A DNA stretch of 64,000 bases from Candidatus Latescibacterota bacterium. GTDB lineage: Bacteria > Latescibacterota > UBA2968 > GCA-2709665. Below, piece by piece: positions 1 through 10,281 of this stretch. Every line of letters begins with the position of its first letter. Within the stretch, counting starts at the first letter, position 1. The stretch spans positions 640,001-704,000 of the forward strand of contig OZ250150.1 of NCBI GenBank assembly GCA_965237675.1, in the 5' to 3' direction. Both the position numbers and the translations under genes were made by a program. Below the pieces are notes generated by a model, which worked only from the letters and a program-made list of their open reading frames with translations, was not told where the DNA came from and ran no database searches.

Positions 1-2922
1 GACGAACATTTGAAACCCTTCGCGCTTGTATTCGATCAGCGGGTCCTTCTGTCCGTATCCGCGCAGACCGATGCCCTCCTTGAGGTCGTCCATCTCCCGG
101 AGGTGGTCCTTCCACTTTTCGTCGGTCACCCCCAGATAGACCATCCGCTCGATCTCCCGCATCCTTCCCGCTCCAATCAGACTCTCGCGACGCTTATAGG
201 TCGCCCTGATCCCATCAAACAATTTTTCCCGGAATCCATCCTCGTTCAGCTCAGGCAACGCGTCCGGAGGCACGTCCGGGACCTGCAGAAAAATTTGGCG
301 AAGATCCCGATAGAGTCCGTCCAGATCCCAGTCGTCCCGGGTGCCTTCATCCGGGAGATGGATCCCGAACGAAGCATTCACCACCACCTCCATCTCTTCC
401 TCAATCTGTTCGTAGATATTGTGTTGCTCCAGCGCGTGGCGTCGCCGGTCGTAAACGACCTCCCGCTGCTGGTTCATCACGTCATCGTATTCAAGCAGAT
501 GTTTGCGCACCTCGAAGTTTCGACCTTCCACGCGTTTCTGCGCCCGCTCGATAGATCGGGTCACCATCCGGTGTTCGATCACCTCGCCCTCTTCGGCTCC
601 CAGCCGGTCCATAATCCGGGCAATCCGTTCGGATCCGAAGAGGCGCATCAGATCGTCTTCCAATGAGATGAAAAACCGGGAATTTCCGGGGTCGCCCTGC
701 CGGCCCGCACGGCCCCGAAGTTGCCGGTCTATGCGGCGGGACTCGTGCCGTTCGGTACCGATAATATGCAATCCGCACGGCACATCCTCCCGGCACCGGT
801 ATTCCTCCAGGTGCGGGCACAATGGACGAACGCCATTGGCCCCAAGATCGGGTATCAGCGCGCATTGATGGCCTTCCGGCGCCTTGACCACGCCGTCACC
901 CAGCTTGATATCCGTACCACGACCCGCCATATTGGTTGCTATGGTCACCGCCGCCGGCTGTCCGGCGCTGGCAACGATCTGGGCTTCCTGCTCGTTGTGG
1001 CGGGCGTTGAGAACGGCATGTTTAATGCCTCTACGCTTCAACATTCGGGATAGCAACTCCGATACCTCAACGCTGATGGTACCCACAAGTACCGGCAGGT
1101 TGTTGTCGTTCAAGCGCTCTATCTCATCCACGATGGCGCTATACTTCTCCCGTTTGGTTCTGTGGATCAGATCCTCCGAATCCACCCGCCGAACCGGTTC
1201 GTTCGTAGGCATCACCACCACGTCGAGTTTGTAGATCTGGAACAACTCCGCAGCCTCGGTTTCGGCGGTCCCTGTCATACCGGCCAGTTTGTGGTACCAT
1301 CGAAAGTAGTTCTGCAAGGTAATCGTAGCAATCGTCTGGGTGTCCCGTTCCACCTTGACCCGCTCTTTCGCCTCCAGGGCCTGGTGCAGCCCGTCCGCGA
1401 ATCGCCGACCCGGCTGGGGGCGCCCGGTGAATTCGTCCACAATAATCACCTGGCCGCCATCCACGATATACTTTACATCCTTTTCATAAAGCGTATAGGC
1501 GACCAGAAGCTGTTGCACACTGTGAATCGCTTCGCTCTTCCGGGCGTAGTCCTGATAGGCGTCGTCCTGAGATCTGGCCTTTTCGTCCGGCGCCAGCGAA
1601 ACATCCCCTTCGATTTCGTGCAAGACTTCATCCAGGTCCGGCAGCACGAAATCGTCCGGCAATCTGCTGATCTGGACGCGTCCCTTGTCAGTCAGGTCAA
1701 TGACATGACTCTTCTCGTCAACGCTGAAGTAAAGGCCTTCGTCAATTTCACTCATTCGCTTGTCGCGCAGATAATCCGAATCAACCCGGCCGATCAGGCG
1801 TTTGATACCCTCCTCCTGAACCAACTTCATGAATCGGCGGTTTTTGGGCATCCCCCGCTGAACCTGAAGCAGCCGGATCCCCGCCTCGTATTCCTCTTCT
1901 TCAAGGAGGTCCTCCGCTTCGTTCAACGTTTCGGTCACCACCCGTGTCTGCGCCCTTACCAGGCGCTCCACCAGTGGCCGCATCTCGTCGTACCACTGGT
2001 TATCGGCCTCTGCAACCGCTCCGGAAATGATCAGCGGCGTCCGGGCTTCGTCAATCAAAATGCTGTCCGCCTCGTCAATAATTGCGAAATAATGCTCGCG
2101 CTGCATCAGGTCATCCGGGCGAACCGTCATATTGTCGTAAAGATAATCGAACCCGAACTGGTCTTTGGTGCCATAGATGATATCGGCCCGGTAGGCCTCC
2201 TGATGATCACATTCCCGAAGGCGGTACGCGCCCTGGCCATCCTCCTCCATACGGTACGCCTCTGCTTCCATGGACCGGTCCTGAATGATGCCCACGCTCA
2301 TCCCCAGAAAGAGGTAAACGGGACCCAGCCACATGGCGTCTCGCTTTGCCAGATACGAGTTTACCGTTACCAGATGCACGCCCCGACCCGTCAATCCGTT
2401 CAAGTACAGCGGCATTCCCGCCACCAGCGTCTTACCCTCGCCAGTGGCCATCTCAGCAATCTTTCCCTGATGCAGCACGATGCCGCCGAGCAACTGCACA
2501 TCGTACGGCACCATGTCCCAAACAATGGGTTCCCCTGCACGCTCCCATTGCTTTTCCTCCGCCTTGAACCGTCGGCACGTCTCTTTGTAGACCGCATATG
2601 CCTCCGGAAGAATCTCCTCCAGAGCTTCGTCCTCGACCTGCCTGACCTCCCCCTCCAGTTCAGTGATTTCATCCAGCAGCGAGGAACGATCCATCTCGTC
2701 CTCACGCTTCAACTCCCCGCGCAACCGATTCAGCTCTTCCGTATATTGCTGTGTCACGCCCTGCAGCCTTCCCTTGAACTCCACCGTCTTCTCGCGAAGA
2801 ACCGCTTCCGGAAGCGCGGCGTAAGACTCGCAAAACCCGTTAATCCTGTCGACCATCGGCCAGAGTTTCTTCAGATCTCGGTCGTATTTGGTCCCAAAAA
2901 CTTTCTTTATCACACCCATCAT
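1..2922 (-). CDS. secA: Preprotein translocase SecA (3' end runs off the window)
   Basis: Hand translation of the minus strand: MMGVIKKVFGTKYDRDLKKL..., Walker A IAEMATGEGKT, and AIIDEADSILIDEARTPLIISG. The + strand ORFs here are antisense shadows. Confidence 0.97.
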   Translation of the reverse strand, partial: MMGVIKKVFGTKYDRDLKKLWPMVDRINGFCESYAALPEAVLREKTVEFKGRLQGVTQQYTEELNRLRGELKREDEMDRSSLLDEITELEGEVRQVEDEALEEILPEAYAVYKETCRRFKAEEKQWERAGEPIVWDMVPYDVQLLGGIVLHQGKIAEMATGEGKTLVAGMPLYLNGLTGRGVHLVTVNSYLAKRDAMWLGPVYLFLGMSVGIIQDRSMEAEAYRMEEDGQGAYRLRECDHQEAYRADIIYGTKDQFGFDYLYDNMTVRPDDLMQREHYFAIIDEADSILIDEARTPLIISGAVAEADNQWYDEMRPLVERLVRAQTRVVTETLNEAEDLLEEEEYEAGIRLLQVQRGMPKNRRFMKLVQEEGIKRLIGRVDSDYLRDKRMSEIDEGLYFSVDEKSHVIDLTDKGRVQISRLPDDFVLPDLDEVLHEIEGDVSLAPDEKARSQDDAYQDYARKSEAIHSVQQLLVAYTLYEKDVKYIVDGGQVIIVDEFTGRPQPGRRFADGLHQALEAKERVKVERDTQTIATITLQNYFRWYHKLAGMTGTAETEAAELFQIYKLDVVVMPTNEPVRRVDSEDLIHRTKREKYSAIVDEIERLNDNNLPVLVGTISVEVSELLSRMLKRRGIKHAVLNARHNEQEAQIVASAGQPAAVTIATNMAGRGTDIKLGDGVVKAPEGHQCALIPDLGANGVRPLCPHLEEYRCREDVPCGLHIIGTERHESRRIDRQLRGRAGRQGDPGNSRFFISLEDDLMRLFGSERIARIMDRLGAEEGEVIEHRMVTRSIERAQKRVEGRNFEVRKHLLEYDDVMNQQREVVYDRRRHALEQHNIYEQIEEEMEVVVNASFGIHLPDEGTRDDWDLDGLYRDLRQIFLQVPDVPPDALPELNEDGFREKLFDGIRATYKRRESLIGAGRMREIERMVYLGVTDEKWKDHLREMDDLKEGIGLRGYGQKDPLIEYKREGFQMFV

Positions 2923-3007
2923 AAGCGGTTATCCACCGTTTAACGACAATCCATGGTTTTCGGCGGCAAACAGCCACCGCTGTCCGCTACGCAGGCCGGA
3001 ACGCTGT

Positions 3008-3730
3008 TTAACGGCCGGCGGCCAGCCGTTCCGCCAGGAAACCCGGAAGCGCGGCGTTCCGGATCTTGAACTGTGTAATTGCAATGTCATAAGCCACGCG
3101 GCAGAGATGCATCTCGCAGGCCGCCTGGTCCCACACGACAAACGCCGCCCGCGGGTCTCTATCCCGCGGTTGACCCACACTGCCCGCATTGACCACATAC
3201 CGCTGGGAGGCTTCCACTCTCACCGTGCCTTCCCCCAGAATCTCCACGTCTCCGGTCTCGGAACAGATAAAAGCGTGGTGAGAGTGGCCCACGAAACAGA
3301 TGCGTGCATCCGTATGTGCCAGACACATACGGCCCTCGTCCGGACTGCCAATATATGCAAACGTATCCGGACGATACGGAGACGCGTGCACGTACAGCAC
3401 CGCGTCTTCTTTTACCGTTAACGGCCGTCTTTCGAGGTAAGTCAGGTGGGCCTGACTCAATTCGGCTGCCGTCCACCGGATCGCGGCAAGGGCGGCCGGG
3501 TTGAAATTGCGGGCGTATCCAGAAGATACGGCAGCCCGATCGTGATTGCCGGCAAGTACCGTATCGGCCACCGCGCGGACTTCAGTGATACACGCATTCG
3601 GATCGGCGCCGTACCCCACCACGTCTCCCAAACAGACCACACGGTCCACCTCCATCCCGACGCACCGCTCCAGCACGGCCTGAAGCGCTTCTAGATTACC
3701 GTGAATATCGGATATAATCGCGATGCGCAT
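3008..3730 (-). CDS. Calcineurin-like metallophosphoesterase
   Basis: Motifs SDIHGN, CLGDVVGYG, GNHD, GHSH, NAGSVGQPRD; start moved to MRIAIISD. Confidence 0.9.
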   Translation of the reverse strand: MRIAIISDIHGNLEALQAVLERCVGMEVDRVVCLGDVVGYGADPNACITEVRAVADTVLAGNHDRAAVSSGYARNFNPAALAAIRWTAAELSQAHLTYLERRPLTVKEDAVLYVHASPYRPDTFAYIGSPDEGRMCLAHTDARICFVGHSHHAFICSETGDVEILGEGTVRVEASQRYVVNAGSVGQPRDRDPRAAFVVWDQAACEMHLCRVAYDIAITQFKIRNAALPGFLAERLAAGR

Positions 3731-3953
3731 GGGGGCAATACGGGCGGACGGACAAGTCGCAGCGTAACAGGATCCTGCGCGGATGCCCGAAAATACGATT
3801 GAGCCCGGTGCCGACCGAACGTTACAGCCGGATGCGGCAGGCTCAGGGCGCGCGGGGAACGTCGAACCGTTTATCCACAACGTGTATCGCGGCGTTTCTC
3901 ATCTGGATACGTATGCATATCCGAATCGGCTGACGCCTTCGGTCCTTGCGATC

Positions 3954-4376
3954 CTAGTGTTCTGTCAAGATCCTCTGCTGCCTGACCAGCGCATCCAGAA
4001 TTCCGTTGATAAACGTCGGCGCCTTCTCAGCGCTGTACCGCTTTGCAAGTTCTATGGCTTCGTTCATCGAGACCCTGACCGGGATGTTGTCGAATGCCAG
4101 CATCTCGGTCAGCGCCATCCACAGCAGAATACGATCGATTCTCGAGATGCGTTCCAGTGCCCAATTCCTGGAAATTCCCTCAACCATACGGTTCAGTTCT
4201 TCTTTCCGTGTCCATGTCTCGCGACCCAGCGCCTGTGCGAATTCGGTCGCATCCTCCGACAGTCCTTCTCGGAGCGCCACGGCGTGGAGCGTCTGATGCA
4301 CGGGGTCTCCCGAACTCTCACTCCAATACAGCGCCTGCAGCGCAACTTCGCGGGCTTTTCGGCGTGAACCCGTCAT
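3954..4376 (-). CDS. nusB: Transcription antitermination factor NusB
   Basis: [30 protein letters not shown]; follows ribH. Confidence 0.95.
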   Translation of the reverse strand: MTGSRRKAREVALQALYWSESSGDPVHQTLHAVALREGLSEDATEFAQALGRETWTRKEELNRMVEGISRNWALERISRIDRILLWMALTEMLAFDNIPVRVSMNEAIELAKRYSAEKAPTFINGILDALVRQQRILTEH

Positions 4377-4852
4377 GCCTCGTCTTTGCTCCAGGATGCC
4401 AGCAGATTCGCCATCTCGACGGCGCCCAACGCGACCTCCCATCCTTTGTTGCCGGCCTTGGTGCCGGCCCTTTCGATCGCCTGTTCAATCGTATCGGTTG
4501 TCAGCACGCCGAACAGGCACGGCACACCCGATTCCAGACCAACCGACGCAATACCCTTGGAGACCTCGTTGGCCACATAGTCGAAATGGGGCGTACTCCC
4601 TCGAATCACGGCACCCAGACAGATCACCGCGTCGTAACGCCCGCCGTGCGCCATTTTTTGAGCCATCAGTGGAATTTCGAACGAACCCGGAACCCACGCC
4701 ACGTCCACATTTCCAGGGTCGCACCCATGCCGCTTCAGACAATCCTGGGCGCCTTCCAGCAACTGCTTGCTAACCAACGCGTTGAAGCGACTCACCACAA
4801 TTCCGAAGCGTTTGCCGATCGCACTCAATCCACCTTCAAACACTCTGGCCAT
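4373..4852 (-). CDS. ribH: Lumazine synthase
   Basis: [31 protein letters not shown]. Confidence 0.97.
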   Translation of the reverse strand: MARVFEGGLSAIGKRFGIVVSRFNALVSKQLLEGAQDCLKRHGCDPGNVDVAWVPGSFEIPLMAQKMAHGGRYDAVICLGAVIRGSTPHFDYVANEVSKGIASVGLESGVPCLFGVLTTDTIEQAIERAGTKAGNKGWEVALGAVEMANLLASWSKDEA

Positions 4853-6110
4853 ATGTTCCCTCCTTGGCGCCATCGACCAACTTCAAATCCTCTTCGTCAA
4901 AAATGTGACCCATCTTCTTCTGTTTGGTGCGCAGATACCGGATATTCCAGGGCGTCGGTACAATCTTAACCGGCACTCGCTCCACAATCTCGATTCCATA
5001 CGCCTCCAACCCCACCCGCTTGGCCGGGTTGTTGGTAATCAGACGCGCCTTCCTGATCCCCAGATCCAACAGAATCTGGGCTCCAATGCCGTAGTCCCGT
5101 TCGTCCATCTTGAACCCCAGCTTTAGATTCGCCTCCACCGTATCGTAGCCTTCTTCCTGAAGCCGGTAGGCGTGTATCTTTTCACGGAGCCCGATGCCGC
5201 GGCCCTCCTGCCGCATGTAGACAACAGCGCCCCGACCCTCCCGTTCAACCATCTCTATCGCCGAGTGGAGGTTCGCACTGCAGTCGCACCTTAACGACCC
5301 GAAGGCGTCGCCGGTCAGGCACTCGGAGTGCATCCGAACCAGCACAGGATCGGCTGCGGAAAGGTCCCCTTTGGTCAATGCGACATGCTCCCGCTCGTCG
5401 ACTTCGCTTTCGTAGAGATGGAGCTTGAACTCGCCGAACTGTGTGGGGAGACGCACGGTCTCCAGACAATCGACCAGCTTTTCCGATCGGCGACGATAAG
5501 CAATCAGATCCCGAATTGTGATGATCTTCAGGTTGAACTGCCGGGCCATTTCCATCAGCCGCGGCAGCCGCGCCATTGTTCCGTCCGGGTTCAATATCTC
5601 ACACAGAACACCCGCCGGATAAAGGCCGGCAAGCCGCGCCAGGTCCACCGTCGCCTCCGTGTGTCCCGCACGGCGCAATACGCCTCCGGGTCGGGCGCGC
5701 AGGGGAAAGATGTGCCCGGGCCGGGCAAAATCAACGGGCTGGGCGTCCGGGTCCACAAAACGCTGTATTGTCATGGCGCGATCCTGCGCCGAAATCCCTG
5801 TGCTGGTGCCTTCTACCGCGTCGATACTAACCGTGAAAGGCGTTCCATGCAGCGCTGTGTTTCTACCCACCATCATCTCCAGTTCCAACTCCTGCAGTCG
5901 CTCCGGTGTTGCCGGCAGGCAGACCAGCCCGCGCCCGTGCAGGGCCATGAAATTGATGATCTCAGGCGTGATTTTTTCCGCCGCCGTGATCAGGTCCCCT
6001 TCGTTTTCCCGGTCCTCATCGTCCACGACAATCACCAGCCTGCCCGCCCGGATGTCGTCCAGCGCCTCTTCGATGGAGGAAACGCAGAACTTATTTTCGA
6101 TTTCAGACAT
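4836..6110 (-). CDS. ribBA: Bifunctional DHBP synthase / GTP cyclohydrolase II
   Basis: [39 protein letters not shown]. Confidence 0.97.
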   Translation of the reverse strand: MSEIENKFCVSSIEEALDDIRAGRLVIVVDDEDRENEGDLITAAEKITPEIINFMALHGRGLVCLPATPERLQELELEMMVGRNTALHGTPFTVSIDAVEGTSTGISAQDRAMTIQRFVDPDAQPVDFARPGHIFPLRARPGGVLRRAGHTEATVDLARLAGLYPAGVLCEILNPDGTMARLPRLMEMARQFNLKIITIRDLIAYRRRSEKLVDCLETVRLPTQFGEFKLHLYESEVDEREHVALTKGDLSAADPVLVRMHSECLTGDAFGSLRCDCSANLHSAIEMVEREGRGAVVYMRQEGRGIGLREKIHAYRLQEEGYDTVEANLKLGFKMDERDYGIGAQILLDLGIRKARLITNNPAKRVGLEAYGIEIVERVPVKIVPTPWNIRYLRTKQKKMGHIFDEEDLKLVDGAKEGTYGQSV

Positions 6111-6208
6111 GAAATGCCGCTCCCGGCGAAGTGAAGGTGAGAAATGACGACATTGCAACCCGTCCGATTTTCATTTCAAACCCCTTCTCAATCATTACCG
6201 AACCCCAT

Positions 6209-6829
6209 CTACCGCACCGCCGCCAATTCGCGATCCGGCGCGTGGCGGCCTGTCAACCTCTCCAGATACCGCGCCACCATGTCGACCTCGAGGTTCACCG
6301 CATCGCCGACACGACGTTCACCGATCGTTGTGGCCTCCAGCGTATGCGGAATCACCGTCACCGTGAAGTCGCGTGCGCCTGCCGACACGACGGTCAGGCT
6401 GATCCCGTCTACGGCTATCGATGCTTTATCGGCCACATACGGGCTCAGTTCGTCGGTCAATCCTATACAATAAACGACGTTGTCCGCCCACCGCCGCCGC
6501 TCCAGCACCCGACCCACTCCATCCACGTGTCCGGCCACCAGATGGCCACCCAGGCGGTCCGACAGCTTTAGCGACCGTTCCAGATTCACCCTGTCCCCCG
6601 TTTTCAACCTTCCCAGGGTCGTCCTCTCCAGGGTCTCGGACACGGACTCAAACGAGAACGTCAGACGCCCCACTTCGACCACGGTGTGGCAGGCGCCGTC
6701 GATCGATATGCTATCGCCGACCGCAACATCCGCCATCACGCGCATCGCTTCCAGTGTCGTCCGCTGATACCCCGTCCGCCTCTGAATCGCACGGACCCGC
6801 CCCACTTCCTCAACAATCCCCGTGAACAT
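6209..6829 (-). CDS. ribE: Riboflavin synthase alpha chain
   Basis: Invariant N-terminus MFTGIVEE; GGHLVAGHVDG. Confidence 0.95.
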   Translation of the reverse strand: MFTGIVEEVGRVRAIQRRTGYQRTTLEAMRVMADVAVGDSISIDGACHTVVEVGRLTFSFESVSETLERTTLGRLKTGDRVNLERSLKLSDRLGGHLVAGHVDGVGRVLERRRWADNVVYCIGLTDELSPYVADKASIAVDGISLTVVSAGARDFTVTVIPHTLEATTIGERRVGDAVNLEVDMVARYLERLTGRHAPDRELAAVR

Positions 6830-6903
6830 CGACCCCATCCTTTCGTGGATCGCGGAATATGGGAAATCAGCGACATGCCGATAATGGGTCCTGTTTTGCC
6901 ATT

Positions 6904-8016
6904 CTATCCCGCGGCTGATGTCGACTGTGTCGGCACCGCGGCGTCCTTCACCCGGGCCGTGTAGAACAAATCCGGCCCGGTCCAATCCACGTTGACCTCA
7001 TTCAGATTAACCGCATCCGCCATCCTCGATATCCCCAGATCGCCCACCGAGTCAATCCCTCTACCCAAAATCGAGGGTGCGATAAACACAACCAACCGGT
7101 CGATCAACCGGTCACGCAACGCCGACGCCGCCACGGTACCCCCGCCTTCGATCAGCACATGGGTAATTCCCTCGTTGCCCGCCCGGGTAAGCACGTCTCG
7201 AAGTATGGGCCTTCCTTCCTTCTGCGAACAGACCCAAACGTGAGCGCCGCATTCCTCCATCGTTTTTATTTTTTCTCGCGAAACCCCTCGCGCCGCGGCA
7301 AGAATCAGTGGCGCGCCATCGAAAACCCTTGCTTCTTTGTAAATCTCGAGCCTGCTGTCCAGTACGATTTTTATCGGATCAGCACCGTCCACGTACCGGA
7401 CTGACAGTTGCGGATCGTCTGCGTCAACCGTCCCACGCCCTACCAGCACCGCCATTGCCTCTGAGCGCAGCCCGTGCGCCCGTTTTCGGGACACTTCCGA
7501 AGAAATCCATTTCGATTCGCCCGTAGCGGTCGCAATCCGACCGTCGAGGGTCTGCGCCAGCTTCAGGGTAACAAACGGAAACCCCTTTGTCCGGTGTTTG
7601 ATAAACACCTCGTTCAGTCGGCGCGCCACTCCCTCAAGCACGCCAACCTCCACACGAATTCCCGCCTCACGCAACCGGCCGATTCCCCGACCCGAAACCC
7701 GTCTATCCGGATCCACCATTCCGCACACGACCCGCGCAACCCCTTTTTTTATCAACAGATCGACACAGGGCGGCGTACGGCCGGTGTGGACGCACGGTTC
7801 CAGTGTCACATAAAGCGTGACGCCTGAGGTTCCATCGGCCACACCTTCAAGCGCATAAACCTCCGCGTGCGGTTTCCCGGGTTCAGGGTAAAAACCCTGC
7901 CCGACAATATGCCCGTTCCGAACCGCCACAGCACCCACCATCGCTCCGTCCCGAACCCGGCCGCGTCCTTTTTCAGCCAACGACAACGCCAGCCGCATAT
8001 AATCCACATCCGTCAT
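6904..8016 (-). CDS. ribD: Riboflavin biosynthesis deaminase/reductase RibD
   Basis: HAE and TLEPCVHTGRTPPC zinc motifs; reductase domain TLDGRIAT...ESKWIS, IEGG. Confidence 0.93.
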   Translation of the reverse strand: MTDVDYMRLALSLAEKGRGRVRDGAMVGAVAVRNGHIVGQGFYPEPGKPHAEVYALEGVADGTSGVTLYVTLEPCVHTGRTPPCVDLLIKKGVARVVCGMVDPDRRVSGRGIGRLREAGIRVEVGVLEGVARRLNEVFIKHRTKGFPFVTLKLAQTLDGRIATATGESKWISSEVSRKRAHGLRSEAMAVLVGRGTVDADDPQLSVRYVDGADPIKIVLDSRLEIYKEARVFDGAPLILAAARGVSREKIKTMEECGAHVWVCSQKEGRPILRDVLTRAGNEGITHVLIEGGGTVAASALRDRLIDRLVVFIAPSILGRGIDSVGDLGISRMADAVNLNEVNVDWTGPDLFYTARVKDAAVPTQSTSAAG

Positions 8017-8066
8017 AAACCACCCCGTGTCGCCAGGACCGGGAATCCCGGAGCGTCCGAAGGGTC

Positions 8067-10118
8067 CTACTTCATATCAACCATCGCTTTACCAACTCCC
8101 ACGTTTCCCAGCGCATCGGTCGCACGAACCACCACCGTATATTCACCCGCTGTCATGTCTTGAATTTCAAAACGCAGGGTCTCAGTCATGGAGTCGAAAA
8201 TCTGATCTACAGGAAAAACCACCTTCCAGTCTCCCGAATTCACCGCATACGCCGCCTTCCAAAGCGGGCTCGCAGCGTCGTTCAACGATCCCTCGACGGC
8301 GATTGCCCCGCCGGCAGTCGGCCGGACCTGCACCCGAACCGTGGGCGGTGTATGGTCGAGGTCGAACGGCTCGCTTACCTTTTCGCCAACTTGCGCCAGT
8401 TCGTCCGGATTGGTCAACCGGTCCGATACCACCACCCGGACCAGCATCGTGCCTTCGGGGGCGGACTCGGTATGCCAGTCATAGGTGCTGGCACGCAGGT
8501 CCGCTTTCAGGAGTTTCCAGCTTTTCTCGGCGCGACCACGATAATACAGCGCATACACCAGCCGATCGTCATTTGCATCTTCCGCTTTCCATGAAATCCG
8601 CCACACACCTCTCATGTTGACCGGCGCCTGCCGACCCTTTCCCGCGTCCTTCGGCGCAGCGCCGTTGCCCTGCGACTCCAGGGGTGAAGCCACCAGCGCA
8701 AGCACCCGCGGGCCCACGTTTTCCTGGAGTCCGACCAGACTCACTTCTCGAATCATGGGTGTCGTGGCGCCCGTTACCGAACCCAACTCGGCCCGATATT
8801 GCAAGAATCGGGCGGGCGGACTGGATATCTGACCTCCCTGGGCGATTGAAGACCACTCGCTCCATGTATTGTCCGGCATTTCACTGTTTCCCGACCGCGT
8901 CTGGAAACGAATCGACGCACCCTGGGCGGGTTCCGAATCCCATCTGATCTTACCCCATCTGGACACCAGGGAGAAATCTCTCACCTTGGATTCCAACCTG
9001 CCCTGGAGCGTGTATGCCTTGCCCAACCGGTACACCTTTCCGGCACCCGCGGTTCCCACCCAGAATTCGCCGGTTGTCGTCCTGCAGAATGCCCATGGTT
9101 GTACATCTTTCAGCCGGGTCAGCAGTGTGGCCTGACCGTTCAGACCCACGCGATAGATGCTCCCATGGTCTCCGGTCAGCGCGGTAATCTCTCCTTCGTC
9201 TACCTCCAATGCCAGAAGCATCGGCGCGTCGACATCCCAGAGACGAACCGTCGCACCCGAAGGCCGTATGGCATACAACACGGAACCCTGTTGTGAGGAA
9301 GAGGGTCCCTGACCCTTGGCGGCTGGCTGGGAACCGCCCTTTCCGCTCCCCTTGGAACGCCTGGACATCGCCCCCGCGAACAGGATCCCGTCTGGTCCAA
9401 TCGCCAGTGCATGAATTTCATCCTCCGCCGCATCGTACAGTACTTCCACCCGTCCCTTTGGATTGACCCGATAGACCAACCCGCTCTGATCCGTACCCGC
9501 ATACACCTGTCCGTCGGTGTCCCGAATTAGCGAAACCACATTGTGGTCTTCGCTCCGATAAACCACGTCGACTTCTCCGGCCGCCGAAATACGCAGGATG
9601 CGTCCGTGTTTGCCGCCCGTGGCCGCGTACAGACCTCCCCGTCCATCCACCACCAACGCCCAGACATGCTCATCTCCGGTTCGGCAAAACATCTCGGGAT
9701 CTTTGCCCGGAACAACCCTGTAGACAATTCCGTCCGGCGACGAGCCGGCATAAAGCGTCCCGGTTGGCCCGACGGCAAGACTGAAAATCGCCACCTCGGG
9801 AGAATCGAAGAGAAGCACTGGCTCGCCCGAGCCATCAAACCCAAAGATCTTTCCACCATTACCCGTCGCAATATACAAACGGCCACCGTGCCCCTCCGCG
9901 AGCGCCCACACGAATTCTTCGCCCGTATCCGCTGCGGTTACCAGCTCCGGCGCGAGCAGCACCGTGCCCTCGCTGGTTATTGAGACTCCGTCCGACTCGC
10001 CCCTGGCAAACGCTTCCTGCGTACGGTCGCGCCAAACGATCGGCTCGACGCCTTCCGCGGAGCCAGACAGGCAGTTGAGTGCGAACCACAGGCCAAAAAA
10101 CAATACGTGACCCTTCAT
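8067..10118 (-). CDS. Secreted beta-propeller protein with C-terminal Ig/FN3-like domains
   Basis: Signal-peptide-like start MKGHVLFFGLWFALNCLSGSAEG; repeated blades (VWALA..GRLYIATG, IFSLAVG..GTLYAGS, IHALAIG..GILFAG). Confidence 0.75.
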   Translation of the reverse strand: MKGHVLFFGLWFALNCLSGSAEGVEPIVWRDRTQEAFARGESDGVSITSEGTVLLAPELVTAADTGEEFVWALAEGHGGRLYIATGNGGKIFGFDGSGEPVLLFDSPEVAIFSLAVGPTGTLYAGSSPDGIVYRVVPGKDPEMFCRTGDEHVWALVVDGRGGLYAATGGKHGRILRISAAGEVDVVYRSEDHNVVSLIRDTDGQVYAGTDQSGLVYRVNPKGRVEVLYDAAEDEIHALAIGPDGILFAGAMSRRSKGSGKGGSQPAAKGQGPSSSQQGSVLYAIRPSGATVRLWDVDAPMLLALEVDEGEITALTGDHGSIYRVGLNGQATLLTRLKDVQPWAFCRTTTGEFWVGTAGAGKVYRLGKAYTLQGRLESKVRDFSLVSRWGKIRWDSEPAQGASIRFQTRSGNSEMPDNTWSEWSSIAQGGQISSPPARFLQYRAELGSVTGATTPMIREVSLVGLQENVGPRVLALVASPLESQGNGAAPKDAGKGRQAPVNMRGVWRISWKAEDANDDRLVYALYYRGRAEKSWKLLKADLRASTYDWHTESAPEGTMLVRVVVSDRLTNPDELAQVGEKVSEPFDLDHTPPTVRVQVRPTAGGAIAVEGSLNDAASPLWKAAYAVNSGDWKVVFPVDQIFDSMTETLRFEIQDMTAGEYTVVVRATDALGNVGVGKAMVDMK

Positions 10119-10281
10119 ATGCCCGTTTGCTCGATCCAACAGCCTCATCTCCTGTCTTTCGTTATCGGTTATCGCTTCTGTTGCCCAGGCCACGGCCGGC
10201 CCATCCGTTGCTGGCTCGCCCGCCGTGTTCGCGAAGTGTTCGTGTCGGCTGGACGCCTGTTGGCGGTTTTTCTGTGACCGC

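Noticed and set aside
1162-2943. Long antisense ORFs (also 40500-42107, 26248-27447 and many others)
   Set aside because: Shadow frames of well-supported genes in GC-rich DNA.
8017-8066. FMN riboswitch before ribD
   Set aside because: The gap is only 50 nt and has no RFN consensus.
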